From Amphiscolops sp. MND2022 (lineage: Eukaryota): DNA of 64,000 nt. The stretch covers positions 9,178,001-9,242,000 of the forward strand of contig OZ076409.1 in NCBI GenBank assembly GCA_964187785.1, in the 5' to 3' direction. The first letter of the stretch is position 1; each line of letters starts with the position of its first letter. A model generated the notes under the pieces. The model was given only the letters and a program-made list of their open reading frames with translations, made no database searches and was not told where the DNA came from. Both the position numbers and the translations under genes were made by a program. Shown piece by piece: positions 1 through 11,760 of the stretch.

Positions 1-430
1 CAGTTGCAATTATTGATTGGTAAAAAACCAGTGATCAATTAATTGATTGGATTATTTTTTTCAGACCAATTAATTGTATAGAAAACCTATATGAGGAAAT
101 ATTAAAAAAAAGATATAACGTCATACGTTCAGACAGATTTACGATGAGAAACAAAATATTGTTATCAGACATATCAAAATAGGGTTGTCGGGGTTCGACA
201 ATCTTAGGTAAACCGACTGTCGGGGTTCGATAGTAAAAACCACTGTAAAGAAGCAACTGTCGAGTTTCGACGGATCGCATTGGGAAAATATAGACTTTCA
301 GAAAATGGCGGGCTTCGCCAAACTATGGCAAAGATAAAGGGTATATAAGCGATGAGAAGTTGGCAATTCGCTTTTTGCCTTTTGTCAAATTCACTGAGCT
401 ATATTCAGTGAACACTTTCACAAATTGAAA

Positions 431-1442
431 CACAGAAGCGAAGCCGTGCTTCGCAAACACTTGCGAACTTTTGAAGAAAACCAAATAAGGAATATCATAC
501 GGAAAACCAAGGGTAAAAGGAGATTAAAATTTCATCAATTTTACAGCGCCAAAAAATACCCGAAGGGATAAGCGTAAGCCTCGAAAACCATTCTTCCCCA
601 ACTGAAAACAGCAAAAAAACCATTCTTTCTCAACGGAAAACCTTAAACAGTAAATAGAAGAAAAAAACTTCAAAATTTTTTGAAAACATTTTTGATGGTC
701 TCCGGTAAGTCGCAAAGCCTTGAGGAGTCCTCTCGCAAAACGTTCTGTTTCTTGTAAAAATTGAGCAGAAGCTTCGGTGAAAACAATTTTTTAAAAAGTC
801 GCATAGAAAAAAGGTCGGTCTTTAAAAAAACGGTCTTTTAAAACTAAAAATTGAGAAAAAACTTTCCGAATTTTTTCGATTTTTTTGAAGTTTCCGCTAA
901 GTCGCATAGTGCCGAAAAATGTGAAAAAGGGACCCTTTAGGAATTTATAACATTCGTTCTGTTGCAAGATATCAAAAAATTGAAAGGAGGACGCTTTGGG
1001 GACATTAAAACATTTTTGAAAAAAATAAGGGAGTCTAAAAAAATTTTGAAAAAAATTTAGAATTTTGAACAGTCTCATAGTGCCGAAAATTCTGAAAAAA
1101 GGGACCTTTTGGGATTTTTTAGCATTCGTTCTCTTGCAAAATATCAGAAAAAAATGAACGGAGGACTCTTTGGGGACATTTAAAAAATTTCGAAAAAGTC
1201 TCACAAAGCCGCAAAGTCTCATAGTGCCGAAAAAAATCAGAACCTTCTGCTTCGGAATACTTGTGAAAAAAATTAGCGCATACCCACGGGTTCGAACACG
1301 AAACCTCTGGGTTGAAAAGCAAGCATCTTACCACTAGACCACGAACGCGTGAAACGTGCGAGTTGCCGCGTGAAATCAGAGACTTGTCGCGCGGAAAAAA
1401 AAGCACCCGCACTTTCCCATAACACTTGCTTATCGCAAGTGT
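431..1442 (-). mobile_element. Non-autonomous Helentron-like element (HINE/DINE-1 architecture) inserted in LTR-B
   Basis: Absent from the homologous LTR at about 25810. On the minus strand it has a 5' palindrome ACACTTGCGATAAGCAAGTGT, a 3' inverted copy CGCAAGTGT followed by the hairpin GCGAAGC-ACG-GCTTCGC, and T-rich flanks. It contains internal repeats (CATAGTGCCGAAAA x3). Confidence 0.7.
1276..1349 (-). pseudogene. tRNA-derived sequence (Glu-TTC-like) inside the HINE
   Basis: GCGTTCGTGGTCTAGTGGTAAGATGCTTGCTTTTCAACCCAGAGGTTTCGTGTTCGAACCCGTGGG: A box (TGGTCTAGTGG) and B box (GTTCGAACC) are present, but the stems pair poorly. Confidence 0.6.
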
Positions 1443-1472
1443 AATAAACACATCTTCAAAACATTAACCTAA

Positions 1473-2924
1473 CAGCCCAGATCCCCGGATGGATTGAAAG
1501 CGCTGCTCAAATCAGGCAAAGGAATCTCCAATCCCGCGTTACCCCATTCCCCAGGAAGTCGGCATGGAAGCCTACGGGAAAGATGACTATGTCTGGAAAT
1601 ATGTCCATCGTCCAGCATGATGAGATAAATTCCGTGTTGGGCTCGACAGAACGAGCAAGATGGGAAGAGTACTGTCTGGAGTTGGAGATTGCAAGCTTCC
1701 CTAAGTGGAAGAGAGCTTGCGAGCTCTGGAGCCAACCTGGATGGATCTCACGCCGAGTCGCACTAGCGGTAGAAGGTAGAGCAGAAATAGCGAGACAACA
1801 GGCGTTCGCGCCTACCATGCTCGCACCAACGATGGCGATGTCTTTGGATCAGCCCATCTCTCAACCGATCACCATTAACCTCCCAACCCACTACTTGAAG
1901 CCAGAACCAGTTGGCCGGTCCTCGTCGCGAACTAGCCCTCAGTCCTGGCAGCAGCAGTCCGGAGAACACACTGCCAAGTTGACTCCCAATGCAGCACTGA
2001 TGCAGCCTATTGCCGAGTTGTCGCTCCCCGAAAATCCGTCGGACTCTGAAACAGTTGCCACAGAAGTCTCTCCCCGACGTCGAGCGTCAGTGTCGACTGA
2101 TAACCCAGAACAGAACTCAGATGATGCCACTAAGGAGGGGACCCGACGCACTTCAGCTCAATAAACCCAGCCGCTAATGGGAGCGTTCGCGCTCCCTATA
2201 CCCTTGCAAACTGCCAACAAACTGTGCCTTAAAACTTCTCACCCAGAACGGTGCTACAGTACAAAGTGCAATTTTTGTTCATAGTTATGGTTATATAATT
2301 AGTGTACCATTAGTGTGGCACTGGGTGTATGGCCAATAGAGTACGCCTGCCCCAGTGGCTTGAATTACCAAGCAGAAAGAAGAAAAACTATTATTCAGAA
2401 AAACTGCTATTTTTGTTGCGCACCGTTCGCGGTGTTTTTGAGTTGTCACAATCAAAAGATGTTTTATCCCTCTTGATTGCATTTTTCTTTCTAGTCTAGT
2501 GTTCGTCATCAATTTGGTTGTTCACCGTAAGAGCCCGCAAGCTCTGAAAAAAGTTTTTAATCGCCAGAAGTGAATTGAAGACTAAAAGTGTCAAATAGTA
2601 AGAAAAAGAAATTTTAGCCGACTTTGGTCGCAAAAAAGTTTTTACGTAAATTGGCTGCCCAAACGAGTTTTAACCGGCTGGAAACTTTAGCTCTCGAGCT
2701 GGTGCTAAAACCTCGTTCGTGTTTTGTACAAATAGCTAGGCAGTAAGTCTTTTTTTTCCTCAAAAAAAAACAGCAAAAACTGACCGAAATTGTTGCCGAA
2801 AAACAAGGACTCGTCCTTGTTCCCCGATGTGTGGATGATGGTTCCCAATAGTCACCGTGATGCAGCTTCCAGACGAGCCAGACGCCGCTTGCCAGGGACG
2901 ACAAGCCAGGAGCCTGGGGAGTAA
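1473..2924 (+). mobile_element. Truncated 3' internal segment of a second, tandem copy of element A (end of ORF2, 3' UTR, PPT)
   Basis: Near-identical to 19520-20967. ORF 1583..2164 matches the C-terminus of ORF2 (19630-20211). Confidence 0.93.
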
Positions 2925-3651
2925 TGTAACGGCAAGCTCTGGTACAACAATATCAACCGACATGTTTAGAAAATTTGTCAAAAATTCGTTCAGATTTGAC
3001 GTGGCACTCAAACATGCTCAAGACGAAGTACCTGCCAGAAAAAGCACCCCAGAAAAGCAGAAATCGCCGCTCGCGACGAACAAGCACCGGAGACGACAAA
3101 AAGACGTCCCCAACGCATGCAGAACACGGTATTGTGTCCATCTCTAGGAGATATCCATTACTACAGTAAAGGAAACCGGTGTTCCAGATGTTCGCCTGAG
3201 TATCCCTGCGGTATCCTGTGTGGCAACTAGCGCTAGCGCTGGGAAGCTGAGGTCAATTTTCATCAAATGACTCTGAACTCTTGATCTCTTGTTATATTTT
3301 TGATGTGGTAAATTGATATGCTCGAGAGCTGTTGTTTAACATCTGTTTATCCAATTTGGCGATTTTATCACATTCTCCAATATTACGGTTCAACCTTCAT
3401 CAATTTTCAGCCCGATTTTTAAAGGCTAGTTGAGCAGTGGTCTTGAGTCTTGCAAGATGCCTGTTACTTTTAGCAGTTACAGACTAGGACCAGGCCAGAG
3501 AGTATCCTACAAGACGATTCCCCCACCTTATGACTGGCTCCTTCGGAGGGAAAATGAGCTAGAGCCGGGGAGATCTAGGTCCCAGATTATATTCGCTGTT
3601 CTAGTTCCTCCACTCTACGTTGCGGTTCAAGCGCCTGCGCTTATCGTTACA
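2925..3651 (+). repeat. 5' LTR of element A (also the 3' LTR of the upstream truncated copy)
   Basis: 727 bp with TGTAACG/CGTTACA inverted ends. It is preceded by a PPT (AGGAGCCTGGGGAGTAA), followed by a PBS, and matches 20968-21696. Confidence 0.95.
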
Positions 3652-3666
3652 TAGAACCTCATTTTT

Positions 3667-3684
3667 TGGCGACCACAGAGGGAT
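3667..3684 (+). promoter_or_regulatory. Primer-binding site of element A (tRNA-Arg-like)
   Basis: TGGCGACCACAGAGGGAT begins with TGG and resembles, from memory, the complement of the tRNA-Arg(TCG) 3' end. It lies 15 nt from the LTR end. Confidence 0.7.
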
Positions 3685-6336
3685 CGTCTTGGGAAGCTTT
3701 CCCTAGCGGTTTTTAAAAGATCTGGCCCCATGGTGATCAGCGCCAAGCCCGCCTTCGACTCTGGACAGGAGAGAGAAGCAGAGTTTTACCTCTTTTTCGT
3801 CGTACTACGTCTTACTGGAACTGGGAGAGGCGTTGAACCAGAGAAAATGCCGAAGAAAACGTGTTTTCAGGTGCGAAAATGGTATTTTTGGGCATTTTAG
3901 AAGGAAATCGCTCTTTATGTGTGATGTGTTGTGTACCCATCAGCGGGTACCTTTTTGCAGGTGTAGAGGACCGTAGCACGTGGCCACGGGTGTCTAACAG
4001 GTTTTTTGAGCTATTTTCAGCCATTTTATGACATGCAAGAGGGTACCGGATGGATGGTTGACCATACTCCAGCGAGGCGAAGGAGGGGACGAATCTCGTG
4101 TTGCCTACTTCCTATTCCCATTTCTCGTGGAGACGTCCTAGAGGCATGGTTTTTGGTGGACAGCAAGTGCAACGACAGACGGTGCTAATGGTCCCACCCG
4201 CGTGTTTCTGTCTGGTCTAGATGTGGAGAAATAACGTGGTGAAGATGCACCCCCTGTGACCAGATGCGTCGCTCAGATGGAGTATGGTTGGCGAAAATTT
4301 TGAAAATACACCTCTTTCGATGGAGAATTGTTGGTGTAGGTCAGTGACGTTCTACTATAAATGTAACGACACCCTACGAAGTGCTTTTCTGCGAGAAAGA
4401 TAGCACTTGGAGAAAAAAAAACATTTTTGCGTTTTTTTGGTGTTTTTCTTGGTTTCGAGCACTAGTGCTCACAGAAGCCAGGAAAGTGTGGTAGAAAGCT
4501 TTGAAAAAGCAGCTGCAAGGCTCGAGAAAGCCAGCACGAGGCACGAAAGGTGAAGTTGAAGCCTTTGATTGTGATAAAAGTGCCAATTTGATGCCAAAAA
4601 ATGTGGAAAAAGTGGGAATTTGGCCAAAAAGGCACCCAAAACGTAAACGTACACGAGTATGGAAGTGCAAAACGACAGTGTACGGCACTACCCCAAGTGT
4701 AGTTGACCCTCAGGATACTAATTGCAACTTTTGTAGCGGACTCAGGCAGCCTGGGGCTGATACAGTGCGAAAAACTTGTGATTTTTGGCATTTTCGAGTA
4801 AATAAAGTGCATTGACCAAAAACACCCAGAGCGAAGCTTATTCGAAGAGAGCGGGCTCATTTTCGATTTTAGCAGCAAAAACGACGACGCATCGTGGTGA
4901 AAACCGCGTGCAAAAATTCTTTTTCAGCGTTGAGAAAAGTCGAAAAACCTTGATTTTTGGCCAGTTTCAGGAGTGCCAGAGTGCATCATTAAAACCTCTG
5001 GGGCACTCAGTGTTTTCGAGACCTGGGAGCCCGCGCGCTCTCATTTTCTGTTTTTATAATAAAAACAACGCATAGTGGTGAAAACCGCGTGCAAAAATTC
5101 CTTTTCAGTGCTGAGAAAAGTGGAAAAACGCACTGAATTTGGTCAATTTTCCACAAAACCGGACTGTGTCTGAGCTAGGGTCGGGTCATCGATTCCTGAA
5201 CCCTAGCCAAAAAGTGGTTGCAGTTTCGTAACCACCACAAAAATTAACGTTAGTGCCGAAAATTTGGCGAGCGTATCGCTCACCAAAGTCGAGAAAAGCT
5301 CTCTGACGTTTCGACTTCAGAAAAGCACAAAAAGGCCGAAAAAATCCAAAACTGCAGGACTGTCAGTGCCTTATACCTAACGGGCACAACCAATTGAGGG
5401 TTTATCCCAGTGCTACGGATAGTGGGGCAACACGTTGGTCCCATTTTGCCCGCAGTATCACTTTCTGAGGTGATCCTCTTGGTCAAATTGTGAAAAAAGT
5501 GGTCAAAAACAGTGTTTTTTCGTGTGCAACGTACATAGTAGGTCGAAACCTCAAATAAGCGCTCCCGCTTCAATTCGACCATTTTAGTGGCCTTGTAGGT
5601 GCCCACTGGCATAAACTACCAAGTTTGGTGCCAATCTGTGCGATACTTGTTGAGAAAATAGGAAAAACGTGGCACCCAAAAAGGTGTCCAAAAAGGCAGT
5701 TTTTTTCTTAACTTTTCCGAGTAACCCGGGCACCTTAGCCGACGGGTGGGGCTATATTGCAGCCCGCCATCGTAATTTGTGCTAGTTCCTACGTTGCTGC
5801 AGAGAATTTGAGCTTGCTAGCTCTTTCCAGTGGACCGCAATCTTGAACAAGACGTGAAAAACAGTGCATCTCAGTACATAGTAGTACCGCACGTCTGTAC
5901 CCTGGTGAAACGGCGTAGAAGAGGCGCAGCTCAAAACTGTGTTCAGTTTCGTAAACCTACGTGTACCTGAGATCTGCTGGTCAAATTTGGGCTTGATACA
6001 GCGCTTCCAGCACACACACGAGCCTTTTGAGTGTTGTCGTGCGAGTTTTGAAAAATCCTAAAATCCTTCGAAATTCTTCCTGTGAGTGACTGGAGACTTC
6101 TTGCCCCAAAACAGGTTGATTTTCTGGCCCAGCGTGCTTGTGGGAAAGCGCTGTGCAAATTTCAATAGCCTACGAGCCTTAGAACGTGTTTCGAAAATCT
6201 AGGACGTTGAGTACCATCAAATCTCTTAAGTGCTCACCGGGACGACCAAGGGATCAGCCTCGAATTGAAGACCCTGGTGCGTTCGGCGACCCAATTTGAG
6301 TCTTCCGAGTAATTGTGAGCGGTAACTCGATCGCTG

Positions 6337-8685
6337 TTGATAAACGCGTTGGCCACCGAACCGATGGCGGTGCCCCATATCGGTTCACAATCATGGGTCA
6401 CGATAGATGGTTCGCGTTTTTCAGACGACATGTCTGAGGAAGTCACTATCGAACAACAGCGAAAAGAGGAATTGGCCGCTATGGTTCCTCCCTCAGAGAA
6501 CTCCAGTGTTTCTGAAAATTCGCGTCGAACCGAGCAGTGGGTCGACGAAACCTGCCGCGATAGAGCCAATGAAGTGGAAGAGGGCTGGCCCAATTCGAAT
6601 GCAACCGATGAAATGGCGGCTGAGGAAGGGTGCTCGCGCGCACCCCCGGCTGGAGAGAGACAACTTGGCTCACAGCCCGACATGGAGCAGGACCTCACTT
6701 ATGTGGGAGGCATGAGTTACGCGAGACAGCGAGGATTCGGGACCACTCGAGGACCTACCCGGGTCTGTGCCTACGGGAAGCACAAGAAGGTGCGACCACC
6801 CATACTACAGGTAGGCGATCCACGTCAAGAGGTATCCCGTGTCAGGAGTATGACAGGCTCATTGGCCTCGTCGCAACGGTCTTCAGTATACAAGGCAGCG
6901 TTATTGGATGCCCAAGCCGAAACCCAACGGGCCCTAGCAGGTCTGGCCAGCACTCGTGCTGAATGCAATGAGCAACATCTTGCCATCGTGGAGAACATTA
7001 AAGTGATGCAGACGACGATGCGCGAGGGCCAGCAAGTCAGCGATCAATTGCGTACCGCGCAGAACGTGCAAAATGCTCGAGTGGACACATTGGGTCACCG
7101 GATAGGAGAGATGAATGACATGTTGATGGCTCGCGAGTTGCGCGTGGAAACGCAGATCAACAACTTAAGCAATCAGATGCACACGGTACTCAATGCCATT
7201 GATGTCATGAGGCGTGAGAGGTCACTCCCGCGGCAGCCCAGTGCAAGTGGAGGCGTGCGGAATGGAGGTCCAGTCCGTATCTCGGAGCCGACGTGCCCGA
7301 GCCAGGTAGTGAAATCGGAACTGCCGAGCGCGCTGAAGCCTAGCACTTCCAGGCCGGCAGTGCCTGCGCCCCGGAAAGATGAAGGAGTAGCCGGAAATTT
7401 GGTGATAGCCACGCCTGAGGCAGAGCGCAAGCCTGCACGAGTGCAGATGAGGGGACATCACGACTCAGCAGAGTCATCGATGCCTTCTGCAATTGAGAGC
7501 ACCACTCGAGATCAAGGCGTGGACCCGATGTCGACCATCTATCTTGAGTCTTCGGTTGAAGTCGACTTATCCAACACTAAGGCAACCCTGGGTTCTCAAA
7601 CCGAGGGAGCAACGTTCGCAACGGCCCCCATTTCGATATCAGAACCAGATTCCTTATACTTGACAGCAGACTTGTCAGCCGATCATGGACTGCCCTCCGG
7701 CACTCCCTGTGCTAGCAGCACTCGCAAAAAGGATGAAATCGCTGACCTGTCGATACAAGCCACTCTTGGTACTCATGACAAGACACGTGAGGGGGAGACT
7801 AAGACTGAAGACGAAGCCATATCCCCTGAGCAGCTGAGATTTACAACTGCCTTATGAAAGGCGATGTCAAAAGAATTAGCGCCTTTGCTTGCTGGTAGAG
7901 ACTTGGCTCAGGCGAGACCCAACGTGTATCGTGGCTCCAAAGACGGATCTATTGATGGGTGGATCCTCATCATGCAGAGACATTTGAAGAGGACGCAAAC
8001 CAAGGTCTCGGCAAACCTTGAGGGCGAAGCTCGCAATTACATCATCAATAAAGCCGAATCTGAACGTGATACCCCTGAGAAGGTGTTTGAATTGTTATCT
8101 AGCCGCTTTGGCGCGAGGGGAAATTGCATGCAAGTGCGACAAGCCTTCCAAAGCCGCGTTCAACAAGAGAAAGAAGACTGGATGCAGTACTTAGACGCTC
8201 TAGAGGGTCTTAGGAGTCAAGGATTCCCACAAGAGGCCATCACTACCAAGCGCTACGAAATCCTGCAACGCTTCATGGAAGGCGTGCGAGACCCCGCATT
8301 GAGACGGGAGCTTGCTATAGTGTATGCCTCAGAAGTCTTCCTGACCGAGCCACCCACGGTGGAATCTCTACGTTTCACCACCCGCCAATTGCAACGCAAT
8401 CGTCCTAAACCCAACCAATTCCAACCTTATGACACCAGATTAGCGATGAGGTCTAGACCTCATCCCTTTGCACCACTACCCCCAAACAAAATGGTGCTGC
8501 CACAAGGAGTGATGCCCCCCCACCTGCGAGCAATACTCCGCCAAATCAGGCAGCAGTGCAGCCCGCGGCACGCCAACCTGTTGGCGCATGCTTCAACTGT
8601 GGCCAAACTGGGCATTTTGCCCGGGACTGTCCCACCCGCGACCAGGCTCGCAAACCAGTGGCAGCCCCCGAGTCGGAGGGCGTGA
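6337..8685 (+). pseudogene. gag: gag of element A (coiled-coil N-terminus, capsid-like domain, CCHC knuckle), disrupted
   Basis: ORFs 6337..7857 and 7864..8685 are in frame across one TGA. Capsid-like YRGSKDGSIDGW and QEKEDWMQYLDAL are present. CFNCGQTGHFARDC lies in the shifted frame near 8590. Confidence 0.88.
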
Positions 8686-10296
8686 AAGTCACAGCCGAAG
8701 ACGTGGCTGACAGCGTGTTGGAGAATTATCCAGGCATTCATCAGTGTACGCACTGTGGAGTCTATGATCATGTGGATGTCCCCTGCAGTGAGCATTCTAA
8801 TGTCTCGAGGCCTAATGATGAGCTGGCCTACAATCGATGGGCTGAGGTGGAATCCGCTGGTGTCGCCGCTCAAACTGTACCCTTAGAGGATGACCGTGTG
8901 TTGATGTTGCACCCGGCAGAATCTCCAGCATTTCATGCCCCCCTGATAGTCACGTGCGGAGCAAAGCAAATCCAAACGTGCCTGGAGCCTACCACGTTCG
9001 ACCCGCAGGGACGAACGTTGATCTCGATTCATCTAATGTTGGCCGCCGAGCAAGTGCGCAGACCAACGCTAACGAAAGCAATGGTACGTCCCTGGAGAGT
9101 ACGAAACCTTGACTACATACTCTCCGGTGCCAGTCTGTGCAACGAAGGACGGCGTGGATGTGAAGTTTGAGGCCTGTGTGGTGGTAGGTGTATTCCCACC
9201 CGGCTCATGCTTGGGACCTCAAGAGCTGAAATGCTATAATATCAACCACCAAGAACCCACCGGGGAAGCGCGGATAGATGAGCGTGCGTCGCTTGTTGTC
9301 TCCTTTGTGGTGCCCCATGCGGCACCTATCCCACTGCGAGGCTTGGTGGATACTGGTTCCGGGGTATCCATACTAACCTTCTCCGCCTTCAACCGGGTAG
9401 CTGCACGGACCGGTGCGGTCCTGAAACCCTATCAAATTGATTTGTACGCTGCCAATGGGAAGACAATAAAGACTTTCGGGTTGGCTGAGCAGGTACGCTT
9501 CCAGTTGGGAGGGTATGAACTCGAAACCAATTTGGTCGTGGTAGATGACGCAATGGGCGTGGAGGACTTTCTGTTGGGTCGAAACTTCCTCCGTTCCTAC
9601 CAAGTCCTGGTAGTTCTAACCTCCATGAAGATAGTGGTGCGAGCACCAGTGAAGCCCGTCCGGCATCGTGCACACACCCAGGTAGGTGATGCTTCGCTAA
9701 CTACTCCCATTGCTCTGGACAGTGACCTGGTCCTACAGCCTTTCGAGCGTACAGTGGCAAAGGCTAAACTTGTCACCAACGCGCTTGAACCATTAATCCT
9801 CCAGACCGTGGCGCTTAACGCCTCGTTGTCTGATCCCTCATTGCAAAATACCATCTTTTTAGAGGACAGCGTGGCCACTGTCAGTGAGACAGGAACACTG
9901 TATGTGAGTCTGGTAAACCTCACCAGCAACCAGCAGCGTGTACGATGTGGTGCCCACCTGGGCACGGTAGTGCCTGTGTCTTTAGTATACCAGGCTGTGC
10001 CCCAAAAGCTGGATGCTACTGCGGAAACTGACCACAAAACTGAAGCCGACAACAGTCGAGCAAATTTTGTTTATAAAGTGTACAGTGAAATGAATCTATC
10101 CACTGCTTCTGAGTTAACTTCTTCATCTGAATTTGAGTTTTTGTCTTCGACGGATCCAAGTGAATCGGGGCTTTCGGAGCGCGAGATTCGCAAGCGCACC
10201 GATCCAGACCTATTGGCCCCGATCCCTGGGCCCGATTCTCAATTGCAAGAAGTCAAAAAACTCTGGCGCCTGCGAGTCCTTGGACAACATTCTTAA
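8556..10296 (+). pseudogene. pol: Zinc knuckle, aspartic protease and post-protease spacer of element A (frameshifted)
   Basis: LRGLVDTGSGVS catalytic motif and FLLGRNFL motif in ORF 9109..10296. Confidence 0.9.
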
Positions 10297-11760
10297 CGAG
10301 TTTGATGACCTATTCATGAAACGCAAGGCGGATATTGGCCGCTGTACCATTGCTAAACACACCATAGAGGTAGAGCCTGGGGCTGTACCGCACCGTGAAG
10401 GTGCTCGCAGAATGTCCCCCGAAAAGGCTGAACGAACCAACCAGGAGGTTCGGAGCTTATTGGCCTTAGGGATGATACAACCTTCACTGTGCCCATGGGC
10501 AAGTGGTATCGTAATGGTAAAAAAGAAAAGCGGGGAGTTACGTTTTTGCTGTGACTTCCGACCGCTGAATGAAGTAACCATTAAGGATGCCTACCCCCTG
10601 CCCCGCATCGATGAAAGCCTGGCGCGACTGGGCAATGCAAAGATCTACACTAGCATAGATCTTGCCTGGGCTTTCTGGCAAATTCCCTTGCGAAAGGCGG
10701 ACCGCCACAAGACAGCTTTTGCCTCTGAATTGGGACTCTTCGAATGGCGAATAATGCCATTTGGCTTGTGCAATGCATCAGCCACCTTCCAGCGAGCAAT
10801 AGCGCGAGCGCTACAAAAAATAGTCAATCGCAAAGGCAGCACGGTCATGGCATACATCGACGACATAGTTATAGCAACAGAGACTGTGGAAGATCACATG
10901 GCGCGTCTGCGCGAGGTTTTTGAATGCCTCCGCGAGGCTGGCTTCAAGATGCGCGTAGCCAAATGCGACTTCATGAAACCAGAAATCAAATATCTGGGAC
11001 GCGTAGTCTCCGCAGAAGGTGTCAAACCGGACCCGAAGGCTGTTGCCAAACTGCGCGATTGGGACATCACTCGCAACAAAACCGAAATGCAAAGTTTCCT
11101 GGGATTCGCTAATTATTATCGTGAATTTATCCCATGGCATGCCAAGCTGGTTGCGCCCCTCCACGCCGTTACGGGACTGAATGCCACGTTTGCATGGGGT
11201 CCTGACCAACAAAAAGCCTTCAACGAAATCAAGACAGCATTGATCGAGGCGACTGCGCTCGCGCAGCCTGATTCCGAAGGAGAGTTTGTGCTGGACACCG
11301 ATGCCAGCGCCGTTGCCATTTCCGGTATCCTACACCAGTGGCAAGGAGCTCCAGGAGAGCGACGCCTACGACCGATCATATACGGCAAGAAATTGACCAC
11401 CACCCAAGCCAAATATGGGGCACCCAAGCTGGAAATGTTTGCAGCCTACTACTTCATCCTGAAATACCACAGCTACCTTTGCCCCCGAAAGTTCACCCTG
11501 AGAGTCGACAACCAAGCCCTATCCTGGTTGAAAACCTACTCCACGGACCAAGCATTGATTGGACGTTGGATCATGACGCTGGACAGGTATCACTTTCGCG
11601 TGGAACACAGACCGCGAACTCAACACCGCAATGCTGATGGCTTGAGCAAACGAACCAACGATTATCGATGCCGAGAACAGCAGCTTGCGCAGCTGCCAGC
11701 TACTGGAGAGCGTTGGAATTTCCTCTCGGCCGAGGAATTCGACAACCTCCCCATAGCCCC
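10262..11760 (+). pseudogene. pol: Reverse transcriptase and RNase H of element A
   Basis: LRFCCDFRPLN, YPLPRID, MPFGLCNA, YIDD, FVLDTDAS and NADGLS motifs in ORF 10133..11911, with frameshifts at both ends. Confidence 0.97.

Noticed and set aside
1276..1349. Functional tRNA gene
   Set aside because: The anticodon and acceptor stems pair poorly, and the sequence is embedded in a repeat.
1473..3651. 2.2-kb direct repeat (with 19520-21696) as the LTR of element A
   Set aside because: The TGTAACG/CGTTACA termini and the PPT define a 0.73-kb LTR. The extra 1.45 kb is internal coding and UTR sequence.
9700..9975. Functional dUTPase after the protease (similar region in C at about 55900-56150)
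   Set aside because: This beta-rich spacer is common in Gypsy Pol, and the dUTPase catalytic motifs are not recognisable.
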